From positions 800,141 through 864,140 of the forward strand of contig JBAZXP010000001.1 of NCBI GenBank assembly GCA_041659805.1: a stretch of 64,000 bases of DNA, given 5' to 3'. The DNA is from Microgenomates group bacterium. GTDB lineage: Bacteria > Patescibacteriota > Microgenomatia > Daviesbacterales > UBA10151. How positions within the stretch are numbered: the first letter of the stretch is position 1; the number at the start of each line of letters is the position of its first letter. Made by a program: the position numbers and the translations under genes. Under the pieces are notes generated by a model that saw only the letters and a list, made by a program, of their open reading frames with translations, was not told the origin of the DNA and searched no databases. Positions 48,264 through 62,520 of this stretch are shown piece by piece.

Positions 48264-48668
48264 TTGCAAGTTTTTTCAAAGTATAGTACTATACTAGATT
48301 GTATGCCAGATCATAATTGTGATGCTCTAATAATTACTTGTATAGATTTTAGGTTCCAGAAATATATTAATGACTGGGTATCGGAAAATTTTCAGCCAAA
48401 AACTTTTGATAGAGTAGCTATTGCTGGTGGTGTTTTTGATCTTGATTACGTGCTAAAACAGGCTGAAATCTCACATAGATTACATCATGTTAAGAAAATA
48501 ATTCTGATAAATCATGAAGATTGTGGAGCCTATGGAGAAGCAGGAACAGTAAAAAAACATGCAGAAGATTTAAAAGCTGCGGGAGAAGAATTTAAAAAAT
48601 TATATCCTGAAATGGAAATTAAAAGTTACTATCTTCATCTTGATGGAAACTTTGAAGATATCTCTTAA
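48264..48668 (+). CDS. Hypothetical protein with beta-carbonic-anhydrase-like CxDxR / HxxC motifs (short, 134 aa)
   Basis: ITCIDFRFQ and INHEDCGAYGEAG. Shorter than typical beta-CA. Confidence 0.3.
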   Translation: MQVFSKYSTILDCMPDHNCDALIITCIDFRFQKYINDWVSENFQPKTFDRVAIAGGVFDLDYVLKQAEISHRLHHVKKIILINHEDCGAYGEAGTVKKHAEDLKAAGEEFKKLYPEMEIKSYYLHLDGNFEDIS

Positions 48669-48689
48669 TTTTATCTAAAAAATTAAGTT

Positions 48690-50234
48690 TTAATTCCAAT
48701 TATTTTGATTTTTATTTATATCCATTTGTGTAAAAGAGCTTCCTCCTGAACCCCAGAATATTACCAAACCGGGTGTTCCAGGAAAATTAATCTTAAGAGA
48801 TGGTGTTGATTTATACTTGTCGTAATTATTTTTTAGTCCCGGACTTCCTTTAAAGTTTTTATCAGCTAAAAGTTGAGTAACACTTAAATAAGATCTAATT
48901 CCGTCAAATCCTGATGTTCTCAGGGCATATGCTCTGGCTTCAATTTCCTCTGATCTTAATTGTTTGACAATATCGGCCTCAGAATAACCCTCTTCTCTTA
49001 AACGGACAGCAATTTCCAAGCTTAAAATAAAACGAATCACATGTTCACCATAAAAACAGGTTTCTCCCATCTTATTGGCAATTAATTGCTCATAATCCAT
49101 GGTAACCCCTCTTCCTCCGCCGTTATAACCCATTAATGCTTTTCCCATCATATTGGCATATCCGGTATTGTTTTGTTTGGAATAATTATAAAAAGTGATA
49201 AAGACATTTATGCCTTTTTCAATATTTGTCAGAACCTCTTTCATTTGAGCATCCGTCATGTTTGCGGGGAAGTGATTAGGCATAACCTGCATTAAACCTT
49301 TTGCACCGGCCTCTGAACCTGCATTTTTATCTCCCTGAGATTCTATAGTCATAATTAAAGCCACAATATTCGGAGAAATAGCATACTGTTTTGCCAATTT
49401 TTCAATTTGATCTTTATATTGCATAACAGAAGGCGGAAATATCTTTAAAAGTTTTCCGTTATTGAATTTTTTTAAGCTTTCCATAGTAAATGGGGAGACC
49501 TGATAAAAACTCCCTGCATTCATACCCAGTTCTTTGGCTATTTCATTAGCTCTTACACCTGCAAATGGGTTTTCAAAATTAGATTCCTTTGTATATTCAG
49601 GTATTTTTGCACTTTCAGGAGTTTTTGTAGATACAGGCGTCTCAGCAACTTTGATAGGGGTAACAGTGCTAAGAGCTTCCTGTCTGGGGACTACGGTTAC
49701 TGTAGGTTTAATTTCTTCTGGTTTATTGTTCTGGCTAATATCACCTTTATAAGCTAACTCTCTGTTTAAATTTTCCAGAAATTCATTTCCGTTATGATAA
49801 GTTTCAGCAGCAGCCTGAACGCCACTTGTAACCCAAGGAGAAGCAGTATTGATTATAGATCCCATTGTGACTGCACCGATTACCCCCAAATTACCTAATT
49901 TAGCCCTCAAACTTAATTTACGACTACCTAGTTCAAAACTCATTGCAACTGGGGTTTTGTATTGCTGAACACTCCAGTTAAATAATCTTTCGCTTCCTTT
50001 GGCTGTTTGTTTTGCTCCCCAAACTGTAACAGGTATACCCACATGTTCGAAAAATGGCTTTACAGGGAACTTCCAGCTTAATTCTGCTGCAGTGCTGATA
50101 GCTTTTGAAGTAAGGTCTAATGTTTTCCAAGCACCTTTTAAGGTATACCAAACACCCAAAAAGGCCAACTCCTGAAAAGTCGGGCTGGATTCATATTTTT
50201 TCGAAGATTTCTTGTTTTCCCGTTCTTTACCCAT
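48690..50234 (-). CDS. Lytic transglycosylase (SLT domain) protein
   Basis: IMTIESQGDKNAGSEAGAKGLMQVMP matches the SLT catalytic motif ES...AGAxGLMQ. Confidence 0.7.
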   Translation of the reverse strand: MGKERENKKSSKKYESSPTFQELAFLGVWYTLKGAWKTLDLTSKAISTAAELSWKFPVKPFFEHVGIPVTVWGAKQTAKGSERLFNWSVQQYKTPVAMSFELGSRKLSLRAKLGNLGVIGAVTMGSIINTASPWVTSGVQAAAETYHNGNEFLENLNRELAYKGDISQNNKPEEIKPTVTVVPRQEALSTVTPIKVAETPVSTKTPESAKIPEYTKESNFENPFAGVRANEIAKELGMNAGSFYQVSPFTMESLKKFNNGKLLKIFPPSVMQYKDQIEKLAKQYAISPNIVALIMTIESQGDKNAGSEAGAKGLMQVMPNHFPANMTDAQMKEVLTNIEKGINVFITFYNYSKQNNTGYANMMGKALMGYNGGGRGVTMDYEQLIANKMGETCFYGEHVIRFILSLEIAVRLREEGYSEADIVKQLRSEEIEARAYALRTSGFDGIRSYLSVTQLLADKNFKGSPGLKNNYDKYKSTPSLKINFPGTPGLVIFWGSGGSSFTQMDINKNQNNWN

Positions 50235-50329
50235 AGCTTTTTAATTTTGCAGAATTATATTACTTTTAGGCTCAATAAATCAACTATAGGATTCTTGACT
50301 CTCAATAAGGTGTGTGTAACAATTAACGA

Positions 50330-50824
50330 ATGGACGGGGAATCAAAAGAAGTAGGACAAGATATGAGAGAAACAGAAGCTAACCAAAATATTGCTGTGGA
50401 TAATACACAAATTAGTACTGAAGCTAAAAAACCTACTACAAAAAGCACTACAGTAAGAGGATTTGATCCTGTTGGGGCAGCTGTAGCTCTATGGACAGCG
50501 GTTAGTTCTGTTTTTGGCGGAGCCAATATTGCCAATACACCTGTTAACTATAATCCAGAATTAGGACCTCCAGTAGCTACACCAACAGCAAGAGCTCAAG
50601 ATACTAAAATCACTGGGGTAGATGTAACTGAAACACAAAAACATATTGATACCCAAATGAGAGAAAATAGGGCACGGGAAGACAGAGATATTAAAAGTGC
50701 AAATGAAAAAATTGATAAATTCCACGAGCAAGTAGCGGAGCACCAGAAAAAAACAGGTTACACAGGCGAACCTACCGCAACTCCAACTTCTACACCTACA
50801 CCTACACCTACACCAGAAGAATAA
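50330..50824 (+). CDS. Hypothetical protein with a C-terminal Thr-Pro repeat
   Basis: ...TATPTSTPTPTPTPEE*. The ctacac hexamer is repeated four times at 50787..50812. Confidence 0.4.
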   Translation: MDGESKEVGQDMRETEANQNIAVDNTQISTEAKKPTTKSTTVRGFDPVGAAVALWTAVSSVFGGANIANTPVNYNPELGPPVATPTARAQDTKITGVDVTETQKHIDTQMRENRAREDRDIKSANEKIDKFHEQVAEHQKKTGYTGEPTATPTSTPTPTPTPEE

Positions 50825-50855
50825 GCTGATTCAAAAATTTGGCTTTAAGGGACTT

Positions 50856-51596
50856 TTAAGGAAGAAATTTAATGGTATTTTGCCAGGTTTTATTTCCAAT
50901 TCCAGAATCTATTGCATATTGTCCAATACTTAGGAAAATAAGTTTATCAGGGTGCTCTGAATCAGCTAAAAAGTAGGCTAGTCCTCCTATGTTTAAACGT
51001 CCTGCAGGACATTTTTCACCCTTTTTGGAAAGTGTTTCCATGTCATCATTGGCGTCAGTTGGCACACTGATTTGAGCTAACTGGAAATTGGCAGGATAAG
51101 TTTGACCTGTGAAAGTACCAGTGATTGTTTTAACTATACAATCATCCAAAGAATAACCTGTTAAAATTTTTGCCTTTATAGCATCAACTAAAGTTTGATT
51201 TTTATCCTTAGCAAACACTTCCAGATATTGTCCTGTTTCTGCCTGAGTACCTGCAGAATAAACATAAATTTTATTTCCAACTTCTTTAACTAAAATCTTT
51301 GAATCATTTACACCTGTACTAGCCTTTGTATAATAAAAACTTACTCCTAAATTCGAAGAAATATAATAATTTGAATTTGGAGTGGCTGTAGGCGTTGGAG
51401 TAGGGGTTGCAGTAGGGCTTGGAGTCATTGTTGCAGTTGGTGTAGGAGTTGTGGTTGGAGGTGGGGGAGGAGGGGATTGCGTAACAGGTTTTGAAGAAGA
51501 TTTACCAAAGTAATAAGCACCTGCTCCGATAGCAACAATCAAAACAAGAATTCCTATTATGGGAAGCATCCCAATAACACCCCTCTGATTTTTCAT
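50856..51596 (-). CDS. Hypothetical membrane-anchored or secreted protein with a Pro/Thr-rich linker
   Basis: N-terminal TM, then PPPPPPTTTPTPTATMTPSPTATPTPTPTATP linker. Confidence 0.45.
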   Translation of the reverse strand: MKNQRGVIGMLPIIGILVLIVAIGAGAYYFGKSSSKPVTQSPPPPPPTTTPTPTATMTPSPTATPTPTPTATPNSNYYISSNLGVSFYYTKASTGVNDSKILVKEVGNKIYVYSAGTQAETGQYLEVFAKDKNQTLVDAIKAKILTGYSLDDCIVKTITGTFTGQTYPANFQLAQISVPTDANDDMETLSKKGEKCPAGRLNIGGLAYFLADSEHPDKLIFLSIGQYAIDSGIGNKTWQNTIKFLP

Positions 51597-51635
51597 CTAT
51601 ACTTATTATTGTTCTATTATTCCAAAGAAGTCAAA

Positions 51636-52430
51636 TTAGAGATTCTCTACACTTTTAAGAAGTTCTTCATTAGTAAATTTCTTCCTTTCAATTTTAACCC
51701 AGGTGTTTTTTGATCTTTTAAGGTCCCAAGGACAAACTGATTTCAACCAATTTAGGTGTGGCTCTATATCTCCTGTTTCAGGATTTCTTCTGGAGTAGTG
51801 CAGTATCTGGCAATTATTAATTCTTTCATGTGGATCATGGGATTCTCCGAGTGCAAGGTATTGTTCTGGAAGCATCCTCTCTAACATGTATCTCAAAGAC
51901 CACATTACATTTCCATGACTTACTAGAACTACCGTCTTTTCAGAGTACTCCCGATGCAGAGTATCAATAATCCCAGACCTTAATCTCATACCTACGCCAG
52001 ACATATTTTCACCACCTTGAGCAGACCAGTAATATGGATTTATTTTTTTTAACCTCATTGCATGCGGGTAATCTTTCCATCTTTCTTCATCTGTCATTAC
52101 ATCCAACATACCCCATTCCTGTTCACGCAACTGATCATCCACCCTCCACAAAGCTTCAGGAAGATCTAATTTTCCTGCAGTTTGTCTGGCCCTGGCATAA
52201 GATGAGACAAAATTACCATCAAAAACTCCTTCGTTAATATTTTCTTTTAACCATAATCCTGCAGCTTGAGCTTGTTCCACACCCAAAGGAGTAAGTCTCC
52301 AACTGGAATTATGCCTACTTCTGAATTCATGAGTAAAATGAGAATTATCTCCTCTTTTTGAAGCATGATTGGCAACATTTCCTTCAGATTCACCGTGTCT
52401 GACTAAAACTAACTCTATAGGCATCGACAT
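51636..52430 (-). CDS. Histidine phosphatase superfamily protein (phosphoglycerate mutase-like)
   Basis: LVLVRHGESEGN (RHG catalytic motif). Confidence 0.7.
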   Translation of the reverse strand: MSMPIELVLVRHGESEGNVANHASKRGDNSHFTHEFRSRHNSSWRLTPLGVEQAQAAGLWLKENINEGVFDGNFVSSYARARQTAGKLDLPEALWRVDDQLREQEWGMLDVMTDEERWKDYPHAMRLKKINPYYWSAQGGENMSGVGMRLRSGIIDTLHREYSEKTVVLVSHGNVMWSLRYMLERMLPEQYLALGESHDPHERINNCQILHYSRRNPETGDIEPHLNWLKSVCPWDLKRSKNTWVKIERKKFTNEELLKSVENL

Positions 52431-52478
52431 ACCGGAAATATAACATAATCGACATCGAAAAGTAAAAAGTATCTGATC

Positions 52479-52859
52479 TTATTTATCTTCAGGAGAAAAG
52501 GCTAGTTGATATGGAGGTATGCCTTGCGATATTCCATAATTTTTAGCTTCTAAATATTCTTCAGCTTTATTTCTGTTAATCTTAAATACCCTTTCAGCAA
52601 AAATAATAAAGTGAGTAGAATCATTTTTAAAATCTGCATACCAAGCTGTGTGTGCTGTTTCCAGAGATTTTCTTAATTCTTCTGCTATTTCTTCAGCCTT
52701 TTCTTCAGGAATTTCTACAGTATCCAAAGTCCATTGTTTTAACCAAGGAGTTCTATGTTTCTCAATTACATTCTCTACTTCCGTATCTAAAATCTTAACC
52801 TTTTTAAGAACTGATCTATCCTTTAAACTCTCTTCAATAATTATGCCTTTGAAATCCAT
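52479..52859 (-). CDS. Hypothetical protein (126 aa)
   Basis: ORF only. Translationally coupled (ATGA overlap) with the upstream small membrane protein gene. Confidence 0.4.
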   Translation of the reverse strand: MDFKGIIIEESLKDRSVLKKVKILDTEVENVIEKHRTPWLKQWTLDTVEIPEEKAEEIAEELRKSLETAHTAWYADFKNDSTHFIIFAERVFKINRNKAEEYLEAKNYGISQGIPPYQLAFSPEDK

Positions 52860-53065
52860 TATTTATTATGTTTCTTTTTAAGATCTTTTGCCCATTTTCT
52901 TAAATCAGCTTCTTTTTCTTTCGATTCTTTTTTCCATCTCATATATTGAAAAATACCAAAAACTAGACTAATAAGAACTAGTATCCCATAAGTACTAGCA
53001 GAAAAGTTGAATATGATTTTTAAAACAGAGAACGAATAGCTAATAATTTGGTCAGATACACTCAT
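52859..53065 (-). CDS. Small membrane protein (68 aa) immediately downstream of atpD, in the position normally occupied by atpC
   Basis: One TM helix plus a basic C-terminal tail. It lies 20 nt after the atpD stop. Confidence 0.4.
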   Translation of the reverse strand: MSVSDQIISYSFSVLKIIFNFSASTYGILVLISLVFGIFQYMRWKKESKEKEADLRKWAKDLKKKHNK

Positions 53066-53084
53066 TATTTATAGTGTCGAATGT

Positions 53085-55357
<2,273 letters not shown>

Positions 55358-55358
55358 A

Positions 55359-56015
55359 TCAACCTACTTTCGGGGCTAAAAACCCCACAACTTTTACTAA
55401 ATCGTTTTTAGTTTCAGATACTATTTTTAATACCTCATCCATATATTGCCTTAAATCTTCATCAGCAAAAGCACTCACAAAAATATAAAAAGGATGATCT
55501 TTAGAAAAGCCAAAGTCCTGATCTTTAGTTCTTTTTCCGATACCTTTATTACCCATCACAATCTCCATCAACATCTTTATATTTGAGGCAAAATCTTCCG
55601 AATTATCATATTTTTTTCTGTTTACAACAAACTGGTCTACAGGCAAAACACTCTCAGGGGTATCATTTCTGTGACCTGTACCATCAACTAATATACAAAC
55701 CGCAGGTGAAAAATGACTTGAAGCTTCTATTTTTCCTGTATCGTGTAAGTTTTCCAGTAATTTAGGTAAGGTTTGAGAGTCTATCTCACCCAGATATCTA
55801 ATGAGCGGGGGCTCAATTGAATCTTCCTTAATGCGGTAATTATCAGGATTAATTTTTTGAACAAATTCACCGGATAATAACGTATCAACTATGTCTTCTT
55901 TTTGAAAATACTTATCAAGAGAAACTAAAATAGGGAGGTCTAATCTTTTATTCCAGGAATCTCTTTTCTCAATCTCTTCCGGATCCAGTATATCTTGCAC
56001 AAACGTATCAGGCAT
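55359..56015 (-). CDS. Hypothetical protein (218 aa) inserted between atpA and atpG
   Basis: Tightly packed: 6-nt gap to atpA, 1-nt gap to atpG. Contains an HD-like LHDTGK segment but lacks the full HD motif set. Confidence 0.5.
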   Translation of the reverse strand: MPDTFVQDILDPEEIEKRDSWNKRLDLPILVSLDKYFQKEDIVDTLLSGEFVQKINPDNYRIKEDSIEPPLIRYLGEIDSQTLPKLLENLHDTGKIEASSHFSPAVCILVDGTGHRNDTPESVLPVDQFVVNRKKYDNSEDFASNIKMLMEIVMGNKGIGKRTKDQDFGFSKDHPFYIFVSAFADEDLRQYMDEVLKIVSETKNDLVKVVGFLAPKVG

Positions 56016-56021
56016 AAGGTT

Positions 56022-57524
56022 TTATTTTGGTAGAGTCTTTTTGAAATCATCTACAGCTTTTTTAGTAATTTTTTCTAATTCTTTTACTACTTTTTCATCA
56101 AGCACTTTTGAATCTTCGATTTCTTTAAGCAAATTCTTTTCTTTTAGTCTAAAATTTTGAATATAAGCGTTTTCAAATTCCTTAATTTTTTCAACTGGTA
56201 ACTCATCCAAATAACCATTTATTGCTGCCCACAAAGAAACAACTTGTTCTTCCAAAGGCGATGGATTATATGGAGGTTGTTTTAAAATCTCGGTAATCCG
56301 TTGGCCTCTTTCAATTTGAGCCTTAGTGGCTGGATCCAAGTCTGATGAAAATTGAGCGAAAGCAGCCAATTCTCTAAATTGAGCTAAATCTAGCTTCAAT
56401 TTCCCTGCAACAGCTTTCATTGCCTTCGTTTGAGCAGCTCCACCCACACGGGAAACAGAAATACCAACGTTTAGAGCTGGCCTTATGCCTGCATAAAATA
56501 AGTCAGGCTCCAAATATATTTGACCATCTGTAATAGAAATAACATTAGTTGGAATATAAGCAGAAACATCCCCAGCCTGAGTTTCAATAATAGGCAAGGC
56601 TGTCAGTGATCCTCCGCCAGATTCCTTATTCATTCTGGCAGCTCTCTCAAGTAGCCTTGAATGAAGATAGAACACATCACCAGGATATGCTTCACGACCA
56701 GAGGGTCGTCTTAAAAGAAGGGAAACTTGTCTATAAGCCCAGGCATGTTTGGATAAATCATCATAAACAATTAAAGCGTCTTGCCCTTTACTCATAAAAT
56801 ATTCACCCATTGCACAGCCTGTATATGGAGCTAAATATTGCATTGGGGCTGGATCAGAGGAAGAGGCAACCACCACAATCGTATGCTCCATAGCTCCGTT
56901 TTCTTCCAGTTTGGCAACAAGTTGAGCAATTTTGGATGCTTTTTGGCCCACAGCTACATAAATACAAATAATATCTTTTTGATTGATGATGGTGTCTATC
57001 GCAATAGTTGTTTTACCTGTGTTTCTGTCTCCGATAATAAGCTCTCTTTGACCTCGCCCAATTGGAATAAGAGCATCAATTGCTTTAATTCCTGTTTGAA
57101 CAGGTTGAGTAACTGATTGTCTGGTAATAACACCAGAGGCTACTTTTTCTACAGGGTTGGTGGTTTTTGTTTTGATTGGACCTTTACCGTCTACTGGATT
57201 ACCCAATGCGTCAACTACACGACCTATAAGTTCTTCTCCAACAGGAACTTGGAGTAATTTACCAGTTGTTTTAACTGTGTCACCTTCGGAAACTGCAGTA
57301 AAATCGCCCAAAATCATGGCTCCGACTGTATATTGTTCCAAATTTAAGGCAAGTCCCATCACACCAGACCCAAAATCAATCATTTCTGTTGATTGAACAT
57401 TAGACAAACCTTCAATCCTGGCAATTCCATCTCCACATTCAATAACAGTTCCTACATTTTCCCTAGTAGCTTTTGTTTGCATGCCGGAAATTTCTTTTTG
57501 AATACTATCTAATATGTCAGCCAT
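56022..57524 (-). CDS. atpA: F1Fo ATP synthase alpha subunit
   Basis: [19 protein letters not shown]. Confidence 0.95.
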   Translation of the reverse strand: MADILDSIQKEISGMQTKATRENVGTVIECGDGIARIEGLSNVQSTEMIDFGSGVMGLALNLEQYTVGAMILGDFTAVSEGDTVKTTGKLLQVPVGEELIGRVVDALGNPVDGKGPIKTKTTNPVEKVASGVITRQSVTQPVQTGIKAIDALIPIGRGQRELIIGDRNTGKTTIAIDTIINQKDIICIYVAVGQKASKIAQLVAKLEENGAMEHTIVVVASSSDPAPMQYLAPYTGCAMGEYFMSKGQDALIVYDDLSKHAWAYRQVSLLLRRPSGREAYPGDVFYLHSRLLERAARMNKESGGGSLTALPIIETQAGDVSAYIPTNVISITDGQIYLEPDLFYAGIRPALNVGISVSRVGGAAQTKAMKAVAGKLKLDLAQFRELAAFAQFSSDLDPATKAQIERGQRITEILKQPPYNPSPLEEQVVSLWAAINGYLDELPVEKIKEFENAYIQNFRLKEKNLLKEIEDSKVLDEKVVKELEKITKKAVDDFKKTLPK

Positions 57525-57912
57525 TAATCATTCCTTTCATTTGTTCAATTTTATTTTTTACAGTGTCATCAAAGACAACATCCCCAATTTTAATACGCAG
57601 GCCACCTAAAAGTGAAGAGTCTAAAACTGTTTTAACTGAGGTAATATAAAATGTTTTTCTAGCAACAGCAGTGATCTTTTTTTCCTCAGCAGATGAAAGT
57701 TTAGTTGGACTAGCAATCTCTAAAGCAGTTTTATTGATTTCTCTTTTTAAACCCCTTTGGTAAAGAGTCAAAGCCTGAATGGCATCTGTTGAAGGAAGTT
57801 TTTTTAAAGTTTTGATATTCTCGTTAATTTTTACGTCTTTGAGTTCGCCTTTTGGTGAAAAGCTATCAATAACTAATTTTTCTATTAAATTTTTTAATCT
57901 TTTATTAACCAT
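57517..57912 (-). CDS. atpH: F1Fo ATP synthase delta subunit (short form, 131 aa)
   Basis: C-terminal [24 protein letters not shown], an OSCP motif. Confidence 0.7.
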   Translation of the reverse strand: MVNKRLKNLIEKLVIDSFSPKGELKDVKINENIKTLKKLPSTDAIQALTLYQRGLKREINKTALEIASPTKLSSAEEKKITAVARKTFYITSVKTVLDSSLLGGLRIKIGDVVFDDTVKNKIEQMKGMING

Positions 57913-58409
57913 TATTTTTCAAACCCCTTTAAAGCACTTTTAGAAAGCTCCTCTTTATCTTTAGCTGATAATACTTTGCTGGCAGTTTTTTCAAGTCCTA
58001 AAGCTACTAAATCAGCTATCTCTGATCTTATTTCCATGTGAAGTTTTTCCCGTTCCAGAGCCATCTGTTCTTCAGACTTGGCAATCATTTTTTTAGTTTG
58101 CTCCAAGGCTTTTTCATGAGATTCAGCAATAATCTGATTAGCAGATTTCATTGCCTCATCAATCACTTTTTTGGATTCCTTGGCAGCAGCCTCCAGTTTT
58201 TTATCCCGGTCTTCAATGATTTGAGCCAGCTTTTTCTCAATTTCTTCTGCATTAGCCAACCCTTCTGCAATTTTTTCTTTTCTTTCTTCCAAAATCTTTA
58301 AAATAGGTTTATAAAGAAACTTCTTAAGTATCAAAAGAAGAATAATGAAATTAACTATTTGTGCTAATAGAAGTATGGGTTTTATCCCAAATTGATCTAA
58401 TATTTCCAT
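57912..58409 (-). CDS. atpF: F1Fo ATP synthase subunit b
   Basis: Single N-terminal TM followed by a long charged coiled coil. Confidence 0.75.
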   Translation of the reverse strand: MEILDQFGIKPILLLAQIVNFIILLLILKKFLYKPILKILEERKEKIAEGLANAEEIEKKLAQIIEDRDKKLEAAAKESKKVIDEAMKSANQIIAESHEKALEQTKKMIAKSEEQMALEREKLHMEIRSEIADLVALGLEKTASKVLSAKDKEELSKSALKGFEK

Positions 58410-58494
58410 ATTTTGATTAGTTCACAGTTAGTTAGTTCATAGTTCACAGTAAATAATTACAACAAACCAAGTAACCAACTAACCAAGAACTTTT

Positions 58495-59480
<986 letters not shown>

Positions 59481-59525
59481 GACACTAAATTCTAACTTAG
59501 CCTAACAAACCAGTCAATTATGTAT

Positions 59526-61346
59526 TTATTGATAGCCTTTTGCCTGTAATTTAAACATGGTGGCATATTGACCATCTAATTTCATAAGTTGCTCATGAGA
59601 ACCATGCTCAATCATCTTACCTTTATTCATTACATATATGGTATCAGCATTGCGAACTGTAGAAAAGCGGTGAGAAATAATAATTACTGTTTTGTCTTTT
59701 TCTAATTTTTCTACTCTGGTAAAAATTTCAGATTCTGCTTTGGCATCAATTGCGGCAGTCGGTTCGTCAAGCACTAAAACCGGTGCATTGCGTAAAAATG
59801 CGCGGGCTAATGCAACCTTTTGCCATTGACCACCGGATAGCTCCACCCCTTCATCAAAAACCCGGCCAAGCATTTGTTCATATCCTTTTTCAAATTTAGA
59901 TACCATGGGGTGAGCTCCTGCACTTGTTGCAGCTTCCACTATTTCATCCAACCCAACAGTCTCATAAACTTTCCCCAGACCTATATTTTCTTTAACTGTA
60001 TCTTCATATTTATTAAAATCCTGAAACAAAACACCAATTGCTTTGTACCAGGTTTCCAGATCCACCTCTTTAATATTCACTCCGTTAATTAATATTTCAC
60101 CTGAAGTTACATCATAAAATCTAACCAGTAATTTAATAATAGTTGATTTCCCGGCACCATTTTCCCCAACAAAAGCAATTTTTTCACCGGGGTTTATAGT
60201 CATAGAAAAATTATCCAAAATTTTATCTTTTGTATCAGGATAAATAAAATCCACATTTTTAAATTCAATTAGCGGAGCCTTTTTATAGTCAATTTTTACA
60301 GGATTTATTGGCACTTGGATTATCGGCTGCAAGTCCATAACTTCAAAAACGTGTTTAACATAAAGGCTGTCATCAAAAACCCCTCCAATGCTTCTAAAAA
60401 ACCCACTCATACTATTATGGAAGGTTGTTACAATCCCTGTATAAAAGCCAACATCACCTATAGTAAGTCTTTTAGCCAGGGTTTCCATAATTACATAAAT
60501 TTCAAAACCTATAAAAATTAAAATTGCAAACATCCTGAAGATAAATTTACTCCAGTAAGTCTTTTTTAAAATTGTTGACTGTTCATCAAAAAACTTTTCC
60601 TGAACTAATTTAATTTCTGCCAAGAAATTATTAGCCAGTTGAAAGATTTTTACTTCCTTAACCTCCCTGGTTCCCTGTAGAACTCTTCTCAAATAATCGT
60701 AACGTTTGCGCAAAGAGGCATTAGCTCCCCAAATACCCCAGGCAAATTTGGAAAATCTGGTTTGGATTATGAATTCAGGTATAACAACAGCGCTAATTAA
60801 AATAAGTAAAAGCCAGTTAAGCCTGACTATGGCAATCAGGGCAATAGTAAAAGATATAAATTCAGCCATTGCATAAAAGGAATTACTGAATAGTCTTTCA
60901 GGCTTAAATTCATACCCTTCTTTGGCTTTTTCAAGTAAATTACTAAACTCACTATTCTCATAATATTGAATATCCAAAGAAGAAAGTTTTTTAAAAAATA
61001 TTTGAGTAATAGAGATAGGGAATTTGGTAAATAACATTCTTTCAATTAATTCTTGTGTATTAAATGAAATATCCTGAGCAAAATAAGTGACAAGTCTGGC
61101 ACCAATTAAAGGATAAAGAATTGTGATATCTGTACTGTTTATTTGTAAAAGATGTACAACAGCATCAATAATTAATTTATAAATATATGCATTAATAAAA
61201 GGGATTATTGCCGGTAAAAAATAAAAAATTGCCGCCAAAATAAACAATTTATGATCAATTCCCCAGATCATTTTCATCATTCTAAGAACAACTTTAAAAG
61301 TATCTTTGATTTGAGATAGCTTTTCTGTCGCTTTAGCCTTTAACAT
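59526..61346 (-). CDS. ABC transporter, fused permease/ATPase (exporter type). The start is taken as MLKAKATEK; the tracked ORF extends to 61421.
   Basis: Walker A GENGAGKSTI, signature LSGGQWQKVALARAF, Walker B VLVLDEPT, six N-terminal TM helices. Confidence 0.8.
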   Translation of the reverse strand: MLKAKATEKLSQIKDTFKVVLRMMKMIWGIDHKLFILAAIFYFLPAIIPFINAYIYKLIIDAVVHLLQINSTDITILYPLIGARLVTYFAQDISFNTQELIERMLFTKFPISITQIFFKKLSSLDIQYYENSEFSNLLEKAKEGYEFKPERLFSNSFYAMAEFISFTIALIAIVRLNWLLLILISAVVIPEFIIQTRFSKFAWGIWGANASLRKRYDYLRRVLQGTREVKEVKIFQLANNFLAEIKLVQEKFFDEQSTILKKTYWSKFIFRMFAILIFIGFEIYVIMETLAKRLTIGDVGFYTGIVTTFHNSMSGFFRSIGGVFDDSLYVKHVFEVMDLQPIIQVPINPVKIDYKKAPLIEFKNVDFIYPDTKDKILDNFSMTINPGEKIAFVGENGAGKSTIIKLLVRFYDVTSGEILINGVNIKEVDLETWYKAIGVLFQDFNKYEDTVKENIGLGKVYETVGLDEIVEAATSAGAHPMVSKFEKGYEQMLGRVFDEGVELSGGQWQKVALARAFLRNAPVLVLDEPTAAIDAKAESEIFTRVEKLEKDKTVIIISHRFSTVRNADTIYVMNKGKMIEHGSHEQLMKLDGQYATMFKLQAKGYQ

Positions 61347-61389
61347 ATGCCTAATTGTAACAAAAATAGAACTTAAGTATAATATTCGC

Positions 61390-62514
61390 ATGACAACAGA
61401 CGAGAAAATTAAATTAATCACCAGAAACCTGGAAGAATGCTTGACTGAAGAAGAATTAAAAGAATTGATTGAATCAGGAATATCCTTAAAACACTATATT
61501 GGTTTTGAAATTTCAGGAAAAGTTCATCTTGGACAAGGGATTGCTGTGATGAATAAGGTAAGAGAAATGCATGATGCTGGTGCAGAAACTGTTATCTGGC
61601 TAGCAGACTGGCATGGATGGATCAATAACAAATTAGATGGAACTTTAGAGACTGCCAGCAGGATGGCAAAAGAATATTTCACAGAAGCTATGAAAGCAGC
61701 TTATCTTTGTGTTGGAGGAAATCCTGATGATTTAGTTTTTAAGCAGGGGAGTGAGATTTATAATAGTCATCCTGAATTTTGGGCAACAACTATTAAAGTT
61801 GCCAAAGCCACTACAATTTCCAGAATGATGAGATCAACAGATATTATGGGCAGAACTGCAGGAGAATCATCCAACACAGCCACTCTTTTTTACCCAGCTA
61901 TGCAGGCAGCAGATATTTTTCAACTAGAAGTAAACATTGCCCATGCCGGAACAGATCAAAGAAATGTTCATATTGTTGCCAGAGATGCTGCAAAAGAAAT
62001 TGGATTCAAAAAACCAATCGCCATCCATCACCATTTAATCATGGGACTAAAACCCTTAGGGGATAGTGACGATATTCAAGCAAAGAAAAATATGTCTTAT
62101 GAAGAAAAAAAAGAAATTATTACAGCCTTAAAAATGAGTAAATCAAAACCCGATACTGCTGTTTTTATTACAGATTCACCTGAAGAAATTAAGAAAAAGA
62201 TAAATAACGCTTATTGCCCGGAGGGAGACATAGAATTCAATCCTATTCTTGATTGGACAAAGCATTTAATCTTTTACAATGAAGGAGTAACTTTAGAAAT
62301 TGAAAGGCCTGAAAAATTCGGTGGAAATGTAACTTATTCTTCTTATGAGGATTTAGAAAAAAACTTTACAGAAAAAAAACTTCATCCCATGGATTTAAAA
62401 GCTGCAGTTGCTAGTTGGTTGATTAGAAAATTAGAACCTGCCAGAAAACATTTTGAAGACCCTAAAAGGAAAGCAGCTTTAGAAGAGATTGAGAAATTAA
62501 TTGTAAGAAAATAA
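61390..62514 (+). CDS. tyrS: Tyrosine--tRNA ligase, archaeal/eukaryal type
   Basis: YIGFEISGKVHLGQ (HIGH region), KMSKSKP, DSPEEIKKKINNAYCPEG and IERPEKFGGNVTYSSYEDLEKNFTEKKLHPMDLKAAVASWLIRKLEPARK are all close to Methanocaldococcus-type TyrRS. The length is 374 aa. Confidence 0.8.
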   Translation: MTTDEKIKLITRNLEECLTEEELKELIESGISLKHYIGFEISGKVHLGQGIAVMNKVREMHDAGAETVIWLADWHGWINNKLDGTLETASRMAKEYFTEAMKAAYLCVGGNPDDLVFKQGSEIYNSHPEFWATTIKVAKATTISRMMRSTDIMGRTAGESSNTATLFYPAMQAADIFQLEVNIAHAGTDQRNVHIVARDAAKEIGFKKPIAIHHHLIMGLKPLGDSDDIQAKKNMSYEEKKEIITALKMSKSKPDTAVFITDSPEEIKKKINNAYCPEGDIEFNPILDWTKHLIFYNEGVTLEIERPEKFGGNVTYSSYEDLEKNFTEKKLHPMDLKAAVASWLIRKLEPARKHFEDPKRKAALEEIEKLIVRK

Positions 62515-62520
62515 TATCTC

